NCBI GenBank assembly: GCA_016196625.1
Contig: JACPXH010000007.1
Span: 18,631-82,630 of the forward strand
From: Candidatus Parcubacteria bacterium
GTDB taxonomy: Bacteria; Patescibacteriota; Minisyncoccia; JACPXH01
Direction of reading: 5' to 3'
Length of the DNA: 64,000 nucleotides
Below, piece after piece: positions 47,753 to 57,704 of the stretch (its first letter is position 1; each line of letters opens with the position of its first letter). A program made the translations under genes and the position numbers. Below the pieces are notes generated by a model. That model worked only from the letters and a program-made list of their open reading frames with translations. It made no database searches and was not told where the DNA came from.

Positions 47753-48268
47753 ATGAACAGAATGATGTATCGGAGCATGCCCAAAGTAGCGGGCTTTACG
47801 CTGGTCGAGCTACTCATCGTGCTCACCATTATCGGGATACTGCTCGCGGCGGCCATCAGCTCCTACCAACTCGCGCGTATCCGTTCGCGGGACAGCCGGC
47901 GGATCAGCGATCTGCGTCAGATTGAGACGGCCTTGGCGCTTTACGAAGGCCGACAGCATAAGTTCCCCGTTGATATCTACGCCGCCCCCGGCGCCGACCC
48001 GGCTGGACTTTCGCCTGATTTCATGCCGGTTGTGCCTCGGGAGCCGCTCGGCGCAGTAGCGTACGCCTATGCGATTTCAGCCGATCGACTGGAATATCAT
48101 CTGGGAGCGACCATGGAAGACGCCCAGAGTGCGGCCCGGGACAGTGATTCTGATTTTAGTTCGGTTGTTGCTGGTTGGGCTCAAGGGTTTGCCGGAGATG
48201 ATGCGGCCGGGCCTTGCTTGGCGACGCAAGCGGGGAGTTTTTGCTACGACATTGTTGAACTTAAATGA
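47753..48268 (+). CDS. pilA: type IV pilin (class III signal, G|FTLVELLIVLTIIG)
   Basis: prepilin N-terminal methylation motif. Confidence 0.8.
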   Translation: MNRMMYRSMPKVAGFTLVELLIVLTIIGILLAAAISSYQLARIRSRDSRRISDLRQIETALALYEGRQHKFPVDIYAAPGADPAGLSPDFMPVVPREPLGAVAYAYAISADRLEYHLGATMEDAQSAARDSDSDFSSVVAGWAQGFAGDDAAGPCLATQAGSFCYDIVELK

Positions 48269-48460
48269 GCAGCCGGGCGAATTGATTGTGGATAAGTGTG
48301 TTATCGAGCGAACCGCCGGTTTATGTTAAAATATAGCTACGCCCCTAAGGGGCAATAAAGTCATGGGAACATTGCTTTGGTCGAGGGCAGTGCCCCCAAA
48401 TTCAGGTGGTCTCATCAAACCTAATTTCATTTAACTGATTTATCCATCTCGGAAAAGTCT

Positions 48461-49069
48461 ATGCTTCACAAATTATTTTTTCGTAACGAAGAGCGCGCCT
48501 TCACGCTGGTCGAACTTCTCGTGGTGATTGCCATCATCGGGATTTTGGCCACGATTGTGCTGGTTTCACTCAACACGGCTCGAATCCGAGCGCGCGACAC
48601 CAAGCGCTTGGGCGACATCCGGCAGATTCAGCTGGCACTAGAGCTATTTGCCGACAGTCACAATCAAGTGTATCCATCCGGTACTGGCGCTAACGATCTG
48701 TATTCATTGACGGCTTGTGGGGCTGGCACTGCCTGCGGTTTGGCGTCAGCCGATGCCTGTGGCACGAAATCCTGCATGAGTAGTGTGCCGTTGGATCCAA
48801 CCGGTACAGGGGTGAAGTACTGGTATGATTTCCTGTCAGCTACAGCGCCGACCCAGTACCACTTGGGTGCGGATCTTGAAGAGACTACTAATTCGGGTCT
48901 CAACAGCGATCGCGACTGTCAGGATACTGTTCCTGCGGGCGCCGGGTTCTGCGCGACTGGTGCCGCAGCCTACGCGGTTGGCGGCGCAGCGGGTGGTGTT
49001 TCGGTTATAGTTGATACCACTGGTTGTGGTGGTGCAGCTAACCGAGGTTGCTACGACGTAACGAACTGA
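48461..49069 (+). CDS. type IV pilin paralog, Cys-rich C-terminus, Ala at -1 (ERA|FTLVELLVVIAIIG)
   Basis: prepilin motif; 6+ Cys in C-terminal half. Confidence 0.75.
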   Translation: MLHKLFFRNEERAFTLVELLVVIAIIGILATIVLVSLNTARIRARDTKRLGDIRQIQLALELFADSHNQVYPSGTGANDLYSLTACGAGTACGLASADACGTKSCMSSVPLDPTGTGVKYWYDFLSATAPTQYHLGADLEETTNSGLNSDRDCQDTVPAGAGFCATGAAAYAVGGAAGGVSVIVDTTGCGGAANRGCYDVTN

Positions 49070-49169
49070 TTCATTCTGACCGAGAGTAAACACAAAAATC
49101 CCCAGCTGGGGATTTTTGTGTTGTTTGATCCCCTATGGTTCGGTATAATGGTTTAAGCCGATACAATCC

Positions 49170-49790
49170 ATGATCATGCCTTCTTTACTTTTGAGGCGTC
49201 GGGGCGAAGCCGCTTTTACGCTCGTGGAGCTTTTGGTGGTGATAGCCATCATTGGGTTACTCGCCACTATCGTGCTGGTTTCAATCAACTCCGCCCGCAT
49301 CCGCGCGCGGGACATCAAGCGCTTAAGCGACTTGCGGCAGATTCAACTCGCACTCGAGCTCTTTGCCGACAGCCATAACCAAACTTATCCGGCGCACGAC
49401 ATTTACGACGCAGTGACGCTGTGCGCCGGCGGGGTGGACTGCGGGCTTGCGGTAGCGGATGCCTGCGGCACCAAGCGGTGCATCAACCCCCTGCCCGTTG
49501 ATCCTGCCGGCGGTAGCAGCAGCAAGTATTGGTACACCTATACGCAGACCGCTGCAGCGCCCACGCTTTTCCACTTGGGCTCAAATCTGGAAGAGGCGGT
49601 GGGTGCCCTGCAGAGCGATCGGGATTGCGACGACGGTGCCGGCGGCACCTGTCCGGGCTCCTTGCCTTATACGATTGGCTCCACCCCTGTCGGCGGGGCC
49701 GGCATTGTCAACTCTTCCAGCCCCGAGGATGCTAACGGCTGCCAGAACGTGGTCGGCACGAACCGCTACTGCTACGACCTCACCAACTGA
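49170..49790 (+). CDS. type IV pilin paralog, Cys-rich C-terminus, Ala at -1 (EAA|FTLVELLVVIAIIG)
   Basis: N-terminal 60 aa ~85% identical to preceding pilin. Confidence 0.75.
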   Translation: MIMPSLLLRRRGEAAFTLVELLVVIAIIGLLATIVLVSINSARIRARDIKRLSDLRQIQLALELFADSHNQTYPAHDIYDAVTLCAGGVDCGLAVADACGTKRCINPLPVDPAGGSSSKYWYTYTQTAAAPTLFHLGSNLEEAVGALQSDRDCDDGAGGTCPGSLPYTIGSTPVGGAGIVNSSSPEDANGCQNVVGTNRYCYDLTN

Positions 49791-49817
49791 CGCCACCACC
49801 ACCACTGCAACTCAGCT

Positions 49818-50666
49818 ATGGCGGCATTTTTACAGTACCCGGCACTCTATTGGTTTGCGGTGAGCGCTGGGGGCGTGTTGGGTTTGGCGGTTGGGAGTTT
49901 TCTCAACAGTTTCATCTACCGGCTCGAGCGGGGCGAAGGGGTGATATTTTCCGAAAGGCGGAAACTCGCACGCTCGCGCTGCCCGGCCTGTCGGCGTGGG
50001 CTCAACTGGTTTGAACTCATACCCCTTGTGAGTTTTTTTGCCTTAGGCCGGCGTTGCCGCACGTGCCGGGTGCAAATTTCTTGGCAGTATCCGATCGTGG
50101 AGTTCCTGACCGCGGTTTTGTTCGTCCTCATATTTTGGCAAGTGGCGAGTCAAAGCCAGCCAGCATCCGTTCGATTGATCACGCTACTGTTTGAGCTATA
50201 CGTGGCCGCGGTATTCGTGGTGGTTGCGGTCTTTGACGCCCGGGCCTACGTAATTCCTGACCGGGTCATCTGGCCTGCTATTTTTACGGCACTCGTGTAT
50301 AATGGGGTGCGGAGCTTGTTAGAGCAGGATTTTTTGATGTTTCTGGGAGCGCTGGGCGCGGGTCTCGGGGCAGCAGGATTTTTTTGGCTGATTGTGGTGT
50401 TCTCTCGCGGCCGGTGGCTCGGCTTGGGAGACGTTAAACTGGTGGCGTTCTTGGGATTGGTGCTTGGCTGGCCCAGGATTTTGCCGGCCTTGGCATTAGC
50501 CTTCTGGTCAGGGGCGATCGTGGGCGGGGCGCTTCTTGCAGCCGGACGCAAAAAAATCTCGAGTCCCATCCCTTTTGGTCCATACTTGGTTTTCGGCGCC
50601 TTGACTGTGATGCTGTTAGGGGATGTCATTAGTCAGACTTGGTGGTTCGTGCGGTTCTTGTTTTGA
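49818..50666 (+). CDS. pilD: prepilin peptidase PilD (A24 family)
   Basis: CPACRRGLNW zinc-finger, two conserved Asp-containing TM regions. Confidence 0.8.
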   Translation: MAAFLQYPALYWFAVSAGGVLGLAVGSFLNSFIYRLERGEGVIFSERRKLARSRCPACRRGLNWFELIPLVSFFALGRRCRTCRVQISWQYPIVEFLTAVLFVLIFWQVASQSQPASVRLITLLFELYVAAVFVVVAVFDARAYVIPDRVIWPAIFTALVYNGVRSLLEQDFLMFLGALGAGLGAAGFFWLIVVFSRGRWLGLGDVKLVAFLGLVLGWPRILPALALAFWSGAIVGGALLAAGRKKISSPIPFGPYLVFGALTVMLLGDVISQTWWFVRFLF

Positions 50667-50674
50667 TCGTAAAT

Positions 50675-50765
50675 AGAGTAATCACGAATATACGGATGTT
50701 CGCAAATATACCAATCCGCTGTATTCGTATATTGTTTTCGTAATTTGTATATTCGCGATTACTCT
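50675..50765. promoter_or_regulatory. AT-rich operator-like palindrome with repeated TATACGAAT/ATTCGTATA half-sites
   Basis: agagtaatcacgaatata ... tatattcgcgattactct inverted repeat plus internal half-site repeats, between pilD stop and minor-pilin block. Confidence 0.4.
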
Positions 50766-50771
50766 TCCGCA

Positions 50772-51203
50772 ATGCATACTGACAAATCAAACTGGCTTTT
50801 GCTCGCACTTTTGGTGCTTGTGTGGTTCGGGATTGCGAGCGTTGTGCCCCAACCGGCCCCGTCCGTTCGTGACAGCGGCGAACCGGCCACAGCGCCGAGA
50901 GCGTTGCAGACCGAAACTGAGGCCGAGGTGGTGGTTGACTTCGGGAATGGCGAGCGGCGCGCCTTTTCCGGGCCGGTCGGGCCGGAGACAACGGCGCTCG
51001 ACGTGATGGCGTTTGTGGCGGCGGCAGGGAGTCTTGAGCTTGAGCTGGCCGGACAGGACGAGATGGTGCTGGTCCAAGTGGGAGAGTTTCGGACGAACAC
51101 CCAAAGCCAGTGGGAGGTCTGGTTGAACGATCGTGGTCCCATCCAAAATCTGCAACGCACGTCCATTCGGCCGGGCGACCGGCTCAACCTACGGTTTCAA
51201 TGA
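50772..51203 (+). CDS. hypothetical secreted protein
   Basis: signal peptide/TM then beta-rich domain. Confidence 0.4.
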   Translation: MHTDKSNWLLLALLVLVWFGIASVVPQPAPSVRDSGEPATAPRALQTETEAEVVVDFGNGERRAFSGPVGPETTALDVMAFVAAAGSLELELAGQDEMVLVQVGEFRTNTQSQWEVWLNDRGPIQNLQRTSIRPGDRLNLRFQ

Positions 51204-51760
51204 AGAAGTTTGCGGGCCGTGAGCAGTCAGCATTCTCCATTATTGAGGGCCTCGCGGTCCTCGCTATTGTCGCGATCGTGGCTACGCTGGTGCTTGCGAA
51301 TCTCCGGCTCGGGCAGCGCAAGACCTTGCTCGACAATGAAGCGTTGCGGCTGTCGCAGATGGTCAGTCGTGCGCGGACGAACGCTTTGGGTTCGGTTATT
51401 TTTCAGGGCGCAGTGCCGACCGGCGGGTATGGGGTACGGTTTGATCTGGCGCAGGCAGGCAACGTCGCGGTCCTCTTCGCCGACACCAACGGCAACAAAC
51501 GCTTCGAAGGCAATTTTGCTTCTTGCAGTGGGGAATGCGTGGAGCGCGTGGTCTTCGGCTCCGGTGTTATCGCCGCGAGTCTCTCGCCCGACAGCCCCCT
51601 CGACGTTACCTTTGTTCCGCCTTACGGCGCGGCCACCATTCGGGCCGGCACGAGCGCCCTTGACCAGACCGAAGGGCGAGTTGTGCTTGCGTTTGCGAGC
51701 GATCTGAATTTGCGCAAGACCGTTGTCGTCGCCCAAGGGGGTCAAATTCGGGTGGAGTAA
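51200..51760 (+). CDS. minor (pseudo)pilin, prepilin-type N-terminus A|FSIIEGLAVLAIV
   Basis: class III signal. Confidence 0.6.
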   Translation: MKKFAGREQSAFSIIEGLAVLAIVAIVATLVLANLRLGQRKTLLDNEALRLSQMVSRARTNALGSVIFQGAVPTGGYGVRFDLAQAGNVAVLFADTNGNKRFEGNFASCSGECVERVVFGSGVIAASLSPDSPLDVTFVPPYGAATIRAGTSALDQTEGRVVLAFASDLNLRKTVVVAQGGQIRVE

Positions 51761-51766
51761 TTTCTT

Positions 51767-52270
51767 ATGCGGTCCATTCTGGCGCAATTATTCATGCGCC
51801 GCTCGCGCGAGCGGGGATTCACACTCATTGAACTTTTGGTTGCGATGGCTGTTATTACGGTTGGCGTGACGGGCGCTCTGTCGCTCCTTATTCATAGTAT
51901 TGCTTCGGCCCAAGCCGTGCGCAACGAAGTGATTGGGACGAACCTGGCCCAAGAAGCTTTGGAGATTGTCCACAGCATCCGTGATCAGAACGTGGTCGAT
52001 GGTCGCGCGTGGAGCGAGGGCTTGACCGTGGGGCAAGTATTCAGGGTCGAGGCTTTCCAAGGTGGGTTGCTTAGCCGTGACGACGGCGCCACGCTCAACA
52101 TTGACGCGGACGGCTTTTACACTTACGGCGCCGGCACCCCCACTGCCTTCAAGAGAACCGTGGCCTTTGACGCCTACAGTGATCCGGCCCGCGACCGGAA
52201 GGTAACCATAACCGTAACGTGGCCCGGCCGGACTTTCACGGCCGCCGGTGTCATTACCGATTGGCGTTAG
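51767..52270 (+). CDS. minor pilin (PilV-like) G|FTLIELLVAMAVI
   Basis: class III signal. Confidence 0.65.
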   Translation: MRSILAQLFMRRSRERGFTLIELLVAMAVITVGVTGALSLLIHSIASAQAVRNEVIGTNLAQEALEIVHSIRDQNVVDGRAWSEGLTVGQVFRVEAFQGGLLSRDDGATLNIDADGFYTYGAGTPTAFKRTVAFDAYSDPARDRKVTITVTWPGRTFTAAGVITDWR

Positions 52271-52275
52271 GATCC

Positions 52276-52797
52276 ATGCTTGCATTGGTCCACAACCGGC
52301 GTTTCAGAGAATCGGGGCTGGTCCTCATTGAGCTGATTGCGGCCCTCGCCATCTTGGGGTTTGTTACGATCGCGGCGACAGCGCTGTTTCTCGCGACCAT
52401 TCAGGGGCAGCTGCAGGTCAGGGGCGATGTGGCAGTGGTTGAAAGCTTGCGCACGACCATGGAAACCATGACCCGCGAGATACGTGCGAGCCAGTCCTTC
52501 CAGTACAACGCCGCCCTCTACGGCGCTCAGAGCTTGGCGTTTACCCGACCCCTAGATGGTGGAGCCACCGCAACCGTGGCCTATCGGCTTGCAGCTGACG
52601 GAGCCATTGAGCGTTCGGGCGATGGCGGAGCTACGTGGAGCAAGGTTACTTCACCTTTGATTTCCGTAACCGCCCTCACCTTTAAACCCGCACCGAATAG
52701 CCGGATCGCCATTTCGGCCAAGGTGCGCAGCGCCCGAGGTAGTTTGGGGCAGTTTTATTTTTCAACTGTAGTCGCGGCCCGGAACGAGTCGCTGTAG
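52276..52797 (+). CDS. minor pilin (PilW-like) G|LVLIELIAALAIL
   Basis: class III signal. Confidence 0.55.
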   Translation: MLALVHNRRFRESGLVLIELIAALAILGFVTIAATALFLATIQGQLQVRGDVAVVESLRTTMETMTREIRASQSFQYNAALYGAQSLAFTRPLDGGATATVAYRLAADGAIERSGDGGATWSKVTSPLISVTALTFKPAPNSRIAISAKVRSARGSLGQFYFSTVVAARNESL

Positions 52798-52827
52798 ACG
52801 GCAGCGGCTGATTCCGGCTACCTGTCT

Positions 52828-55227
52828 GTGGGCCAAAGATTTTTTTTATCCAATGCGCCATCCCCGAGGCACCGACGTTTGATTCGGCTACCCGGACGCG
52901 CGTCCAATCGGGGGGTTACGCTCTGGCTCGTGGTTTTGATTTTGGGGTTTGCTCTGGCCGCAAGTCTGGGCGCATCCGCGCTCGTGCTGGGTGAGGTGAA
53001 GCAGACCCGCATCATCAGCGATTCGGTCGCGGCTTTTTTTGGGGCCGATGCCGGCGTAGAGCGAGCGCTTTATCAACTGTGTAAGCAAAACGACAAGTCA
53101 GATCAAAGCAACCAACCCGTGGGTTCGGCGCAGTATTCATATGCGGTGGATAGGGGCGTTGGGGCGCTCAAGGTGGTCTCCACCGGCAGTTTCCGCGCCA
53201 GCCGCCGGACCATTGAGGTATCCGGCTTTACCGAAAGCGCCGGCACGGTTGACTGCGGTACGCCGCCTACACCTACAACATTTACCCTATCCAGCAGCGG
53301 CAATGTCAATCTGCCCTTTTATATTTCAGGTTCAAAACCCACGGTTGATTCTACTATCACAGTAACCTTAACCTCCGGCGCTCCCCAGCTAGTTTCTTTG
53401 AGTTTGACTAACGACCCATTTATTCCCGCTGGTGTTACTGCGACCTTTAACCCGTCTAGTTGTACCCCCAATCCCACCTGCACAAGCCAACTAACTTTTA
53501 AAAATGCAGGGTCAATGTGGGCCGGGTGGTGGACAGCTAAAGTCTCGGGCAATGACGGAACGGCCACCAATGATACTAGTTTTGGGGTTACTATTCCTGC
53601 TCCGTCGTGTGATTCCCCACTTTGGACAATAGCGTATAAGGGCGACACCATGTGTTCCATTAAGGCGTACTACCATGATTTTGTGTCCGGTGGTGGCGGT
53701 CCATTTTATTGGTATATTAATGATTTTGTGTGGCCCGGGGGTCCGTCAGTGCTTAGCACAATGAAACCGTATCTGGATCCCAATGGAGGATTGTGTCCAG
53801 GAACTATACTTCCCATACCATGCATCTCAACCGTAATTCCTGGATCCGCGCAACAAAACGGACCTGCGCCTTATAGGGTAAAAGTATATAGAACCACACC
53901 CCCAGGAGGAAGTCCGGGACCTGTGGCTTGCACCGGCAGTTATCCAGACCCGATTATAACTTGTCCCTTTGATGGAACTCCTCCCGCAGCTGTCACTGAT
54001 CTTACCGCCTCCGGAGCAACCGCTTCTTCCATAAACTTAAGCTGGACCGCGCCCGGAGACGACGGTACAACTGGCACGGCCTCAAGTTATGATATTCGCT
54101 ACTCAACCTCGGCCATTACCGATGCCAACTGGGGTTCCGCCACCCAGGTTAGCGGAGAACCTTCTCCGCTCGTAGCCGGTTCAGCTCAATCTATGACTGT
54201 TTCCGGCTTGTCAGCAAGCACTCTTTACTATTTTGCCATGAAGACGTCGGATGAAATACCTTACGTTTCCGCTCTTTCTAACGTGCCGAGTTTATCAACC
54301 CTAATTTCTTATATTCTAACTATTAATAAGTCCGGATCAGGCAACGGTACGGTCACTTCCAGCCCGGCAGGCATTGACTGCGGTTCAACCTGCTCCAAAG
54401 ATTATCCATTTGACACTGTTGTAACCCTTACTGCTTCAGCCAGCGGCGGCTCCACTTTTGACGCTTGGAGCGGCGCGGGTTGTTCGGGAAGCGGCACCTG
54501 TATAGTAACCATGGCTGCTGCCAAAAGTGTTACGGCGACCTTTAATTTGCCTCCTATTGCCCACTGGAAAATGGAAGAAACCGCGAATAACCAGTGCGGC
54601 GCGGGCAAGGACGTGTGCGACTCTTCTGGCAACAACAACCACGGAGACGCGAATGGCGCAAGCATTGTTATTGGCGGCGGCATTGGGGGGAGCAACGCCA
54701 GGAGTTTTGATGGCATTAACGATTATGTAGACACAGCGGCAAAAACATGGGGCATAAGCAATAACTTTACCGTATCGGCTTGGATTTATGCTGCTAGCGA
54801 TGATAATAGAGACATTTGGACCATTGGCAATAGTGGAGATTATAATGAGGCTGGAATTTTAGGTCTTAGAACACCCCGGCAATTAATGTTCCTATTTTAT
54901 GATAATCCTGGCGGCACTACTTACCGACGAGCCGTTTCTGCAACTAACGTAGTTCCACTCAATACCTGGACCCACGTTGTTGGAGTAGTAAACAATAATG
55001 AAATGTATGTTTATATAAACGGCGTTGATGTCACTTCCACTCGAGATGGTGGAGGTGTCTCGCTATCAGATACCAGTAGGACAGTATTTCTCAGCAAGTG
55101 GCCTACCGGTTCTTCTGATTTTTTCAATGGGAAGATTGATGAGGTTGCGATATACGATCAGGCTTTTTCATCCACTCAAATCTGCGGCCTCTACAAAGCC
55201 CAGAGCGGAAGCGTGAGCTGCCCATAA
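52828..55227 (+). CDS. pilus tip/adhesin candidate: PilX-N-like anchor + fibronectin-III domain + C-terminal LamG/ConA-like lectin domain
   Basis: RGVTLWLVVLILGFALAAS..GADAGVERALYQ (PilX_N-like); Fn3 (INLSWTAP..YYFAMKTSD); Laminin_G_3 (FTVSAWIY..WTHVVGVVNNNEMYVYINGV..FFNGKIDEVAIYDQAFS); start codon uncertain (GTG 52828). Confidence 0.6.
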   Translation: MGQRFFLSNAPSPRHRRLIRLPGRASNRGVTLWLVVLILGFALAASLGASALVLGEVKQTRIISDSVAAFFGADAGVERALYQLCKQNDKSDQSNQPVGSAQYSYAVDRGVGALKVVSTGSFRASRRTIEVSGFTESAGTVDCGTPPTPTTFTLSSSGNVNLPFYISGSKPTVDSTITVTLTSGAPQLVSLSLTNDPFIPAGVTATFNPSSCTPNPTCTSQLTFKNAGSMWAGWWTAKVSGNDGTATNDTSFGVTIPAPSCDSPLWTIAYKGDTMCSIKAYYHDFVSGGGGPFYWYINDFVWPGGPSVLSTMKPYLDPNGGLCPGTILPIPCISTVIPGSAQQNGPAPYRVKVYRTTPPGGSPGPVACTGSYPDPIITCPFDGTPPAAVTDLTASGATASSINLSWTAPGDDGTTGTASSYDIRYSTSAITDANWGSATQVSGEPSPLVAGSAQSMTVSGLSASTLYYFAMKTSDEIPYVSALSNVPSLSTLISYILTINKSGSGNGTVTSSPAGIDCGSTCSKDYPFDTVVTLTASASGGSTFDAWSGAGCSGSGTCIVTMAAAKSVTATFNLPPIAHWKMEETANNQCGAGKDVCDSSGNNNHGDANGASIVIGGGIGGSNARSFDGINDYVDTAAKTWGISNNFTVSAWIYAASDDNRDIWTIGNSGDYNEAGILGLRTPRQLMFLFYDNPGGTTYRRAVSATNVVPLNTWTHVVGVVNNNEMYVYINGVDVTSTRDGGGVSLSDTSRTVFLSKWPTGSSDFFNGKIDEVAIYDQAFSSTQICGLYKAQSGSVSCP

Positions 55228-55286
55228 TAAAAATCTTCCTCATGACTTATGGAGGGCGAGCCCCGTACATTTGATGCGAATTCAAT

Positions 55287-57326
55287 ATGGACAAAGAAGG
55301 AGTCCGAGAACGAATTCAAAAACTCCGGCGCGAGATTGACGAGCTTCGGTACCGCTATCACGTCCTCAACGACCCGAAAGCGACCGATGAGGTGTACGAC
55401 TCGCTGACGCGAGAACTGAAAAAGCTTGAGGTCTCCTGGCCGGAGCTCCAAAGGCCCGACTCGCCCACCCAGCGCGTGGGCGGCAAGGCGCTCAAGAAGT
55501 TTGAGAAAATAGCGCACCGCGCGCCGATGCTCTCGCTCACCGATGCCTTTGACGAGGCGGAGCTTCGGGCGTGGGATGAGCGTAACCGTAAGCTTGTGCC
55601 CAAAGGGGCGGCGTTCGAATACTTTGCCGAGCTCAAAGTTGACGGCTTTGCCGTCTCGCTCGTGTACGAAAAGGGGATTTTGCAGGTGGGAGCTACGCGC
55701 GGCGACGGCCGGGTGGGTGAAGACGTAACGCAAAATCTCAAAACCGTTCGGGCAATTCCGCTCAAGCTGCGCGAAGCCGAAGGACCCATTGAGAAGATTA
55801 CGGGCCGCAAGCTCTCTTCGGGCGCGTTCGCTCGGCGCCTTGAAGTTCGCGGTGAGGTTTACATGACTAAGGCCGCCTTTGCCAAGGTCAACCGCGAACA
55901 GAGAAAGACAGGCGAGCCGATCTATGCGAACCCCCGCAATTTAGCCGCCGGCTCCATTCGGCAGCTGGATCCAGCCGTGGCCGCTTCCCGCGAGCTCGAC
56001 TTCCTCGCCTATGACCTCGTAACCGATCTGGGACAGGAGCGGCACGATCAGAAACACGCGATTTTGTGGGCACTGGGGTTTAAGACCGTCCAACCTGAGG
56101 CGCGCTGTGAGACGCTCGAAGCAGTGCTGAAATTTAGAGAGAAAGTTCGGACGCTGCGTCCGCGGCTCGCCTTTGGCATTGACGGCATTGTCGTGAGCGT
56201 CAATCAAAACGATCTCTACGAACGCTTGGGCGTTGCGGGCAAAGCACCCCGCGCCGCGGTAGCTTTCAAGTTTCCGGGCAAAGAAGTAACGACGGTGGTT
56301 GAGGACATTGTCGTTCAAGTCGGCCGCACCGGGATACTCACGCCGGTGGCGCTGTTGCGGCCGGTTGAGGTGGGCGGGGTTACGGTGAGTCGCGCGACCT
56401 TGCACAATGAAGATGAGATCGCGCGCCTGGGAATCAAGGTCGGTGATACAGTCGTGATTCAACGCGCTGGCGACGTGATCCCGGATATCATGCGGGTGCT
56501 GCCGAAGTTGCGTCCGCGCCGCGCCCGGGCCTTCCGGATGCCGCGGCAGTGTCCTATCTGCGGCTCGCGGGTGGTGCGCGTAGCCGGCGAGGCGGCGCAC
56601 CGGTGCACGAACAAGAACTGCGCCGCTCTGGCAGCGCAGCGGATCGAACACTTTGCTTCGCGCCGGGCCTTTGATATTGTGGGTTTGGGTCCCGAGACGG
56701 TGGAACTTTTGATGAATCATAAGTTCGTGCGAGATCCGGCGGATCTGTTCGCGCTTACCGCAGGCGACCTCGCGAGTCTCGAGCGGTTTGCCGAGACATC
56801 AGCGCAGAAACTTATAGCGAGCATTCAGGCGAGAAAGAAACTCCCGTTGGCTCGGTTCCTCTATGCGCTTTCAATACCGCAGGTGGGCGAGGAAACCGCG
56901 ATTGATCTTGCCGAGCACTTTGGTTCGCTTGAACGCGCGATGGGAGTCTCCGTCGAAGAGCTCAAGCGAGTGCGCGACGTGGGGCCGAAGGTGGCCGCAG
57001 CTATTCACGATTGGTTTGGGGCGGAACGCAACCGCGAGTTGGTGCAAAAGTTGCTCCAAGCCGGCGTGCAAATCGAAAAACCAAAACAGGGGCGCCAGCC
57101 CTTGAGGGGCAGGGTGTTCGTGTTCACCGGCGGTCTGGAGACTTTGAGCCGCGACGAGGCCAAAGAGAAGATTCGCGCGCTGGGCGGGGATGTGTCTGGA
57201 GCGGTCTCAAAAGAAACCGATTACGTGGTGGTCGGCTCTGACCCGGGCTCCAAATATGAACAGGCCAAGGAGCTCGGCGTACCCATGATAGATGAGGGAC
57301 AATTTCTGAAACTGATCTCGAAGTAA
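55287..57326 (+). CDS. ligA: NAD-dependent DNA ligase
   Basis: KVDG adenylation motif (AELKVDGFAVSL), OB fold, Zn finger CPICGS..C..C, HhH, BRCT. Confidence 0.93.
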   Translation: MDKEGVRERIQKLRREIDELRYRYHVLNDPKATDEVYDSLTRELKKLEVSWPELQRPDSPTQRVGGKALKKFEKIAHRAPMLSLTDAFDEAELRAWDERNRKLVPKGAAFEYFAELKVDGFAVSLVYEKGILQVGATRGDGRVGEDVTQNLKTVRAIPLKLREAEGPIEKITGRKLSSGAFARRLEVRGEVYMTKAAFAKVNREQRKTGEPIYANPRNLAAGSIRQLDPAVAASRELDFLAYDLVTDLGQERHDQKHAILWALGFKTVQPEARCETLEAVLKFREKVRTLRPRLAFGIDGIVVSVNQNDLYERLGVAGKAPRAAVAFKFPGKEVTTVVEDIVVQVGRTGILTPVALLRPVEVGGVTVSRATLHNEDEIARLGIKVGDTVVIQRAGDVIPDIMRVLPKLRPRRARAFRMPRQCPICGSRVVRVAGEAAHRCTNKNCAALAAQRIEHFASRRAFDIVGLGPETVELLMNHKFVRDPADLFALTAGDLASLERFAETSAQKLIASIQARKKLPLARFLYALSIPQVGEETAIDLAEHFGSLERAMGVSVEELKRVRDVGPKVAAAIHDWFGAERNRELVQKLLQAGVQIEKPKQGRQPLRGRVFVFTGGLETLSRDEAKEKIRALGGDVSGAVSKETDYVVVGSDPGSKYEQAKELGVPMIDEGQFLKLISK

Positions 57327-57407
57327 GTAAGTCAGACGAGTTATTGGCAGCATTATACTACGATCGTATTATAACGCGGCACCCCTGACAGTTCGGGCAT
57401 AAACAAC

Positions 57408-57704
57408 ATGGCGATTGATGCGAAAACCGTAGAACACATTGCTAAGCTCTGCCGGCTGGGACTCTCGGAGTCAGAAAAGCAGAAAGTGAGCCGAGAGCTT
57501 TCGGCGATTTTGGAGTACGTGGCCAAGCTCCAAGAGCTTGAGACTCAACGCGTTGAGGCGACTATGCAGGTGGGCGGTCTTGAGAACGTGTGGCGCGATG
57601 ATGCCGAGAGCCGTGCGCCCGCGCACCATCCGGGACCGCTCAAAGAGGCGTTTCCGAAAAAGAAAGACGGGTTTCTCGAAGTGGCGGCGGTATTTAAAGA
57701 GTGA
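57408..57704 (+). CDS. gatC: Glu/Asp-tRNA amidotransferase subunit C
   Basis: 98 aa, VEHIAKLCRLGLSESE..LSAILEYVAKLQELET. Confidence 0.8.
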   Translation: MAIDAKTVEHIAKLCRLGLSESEKQKVSRELSAILEYVAKLQELETQRVEATMQVGGLENVWRDDAESRAPAHHPGPLKEAFPKKKDGFLEVAAVFKE

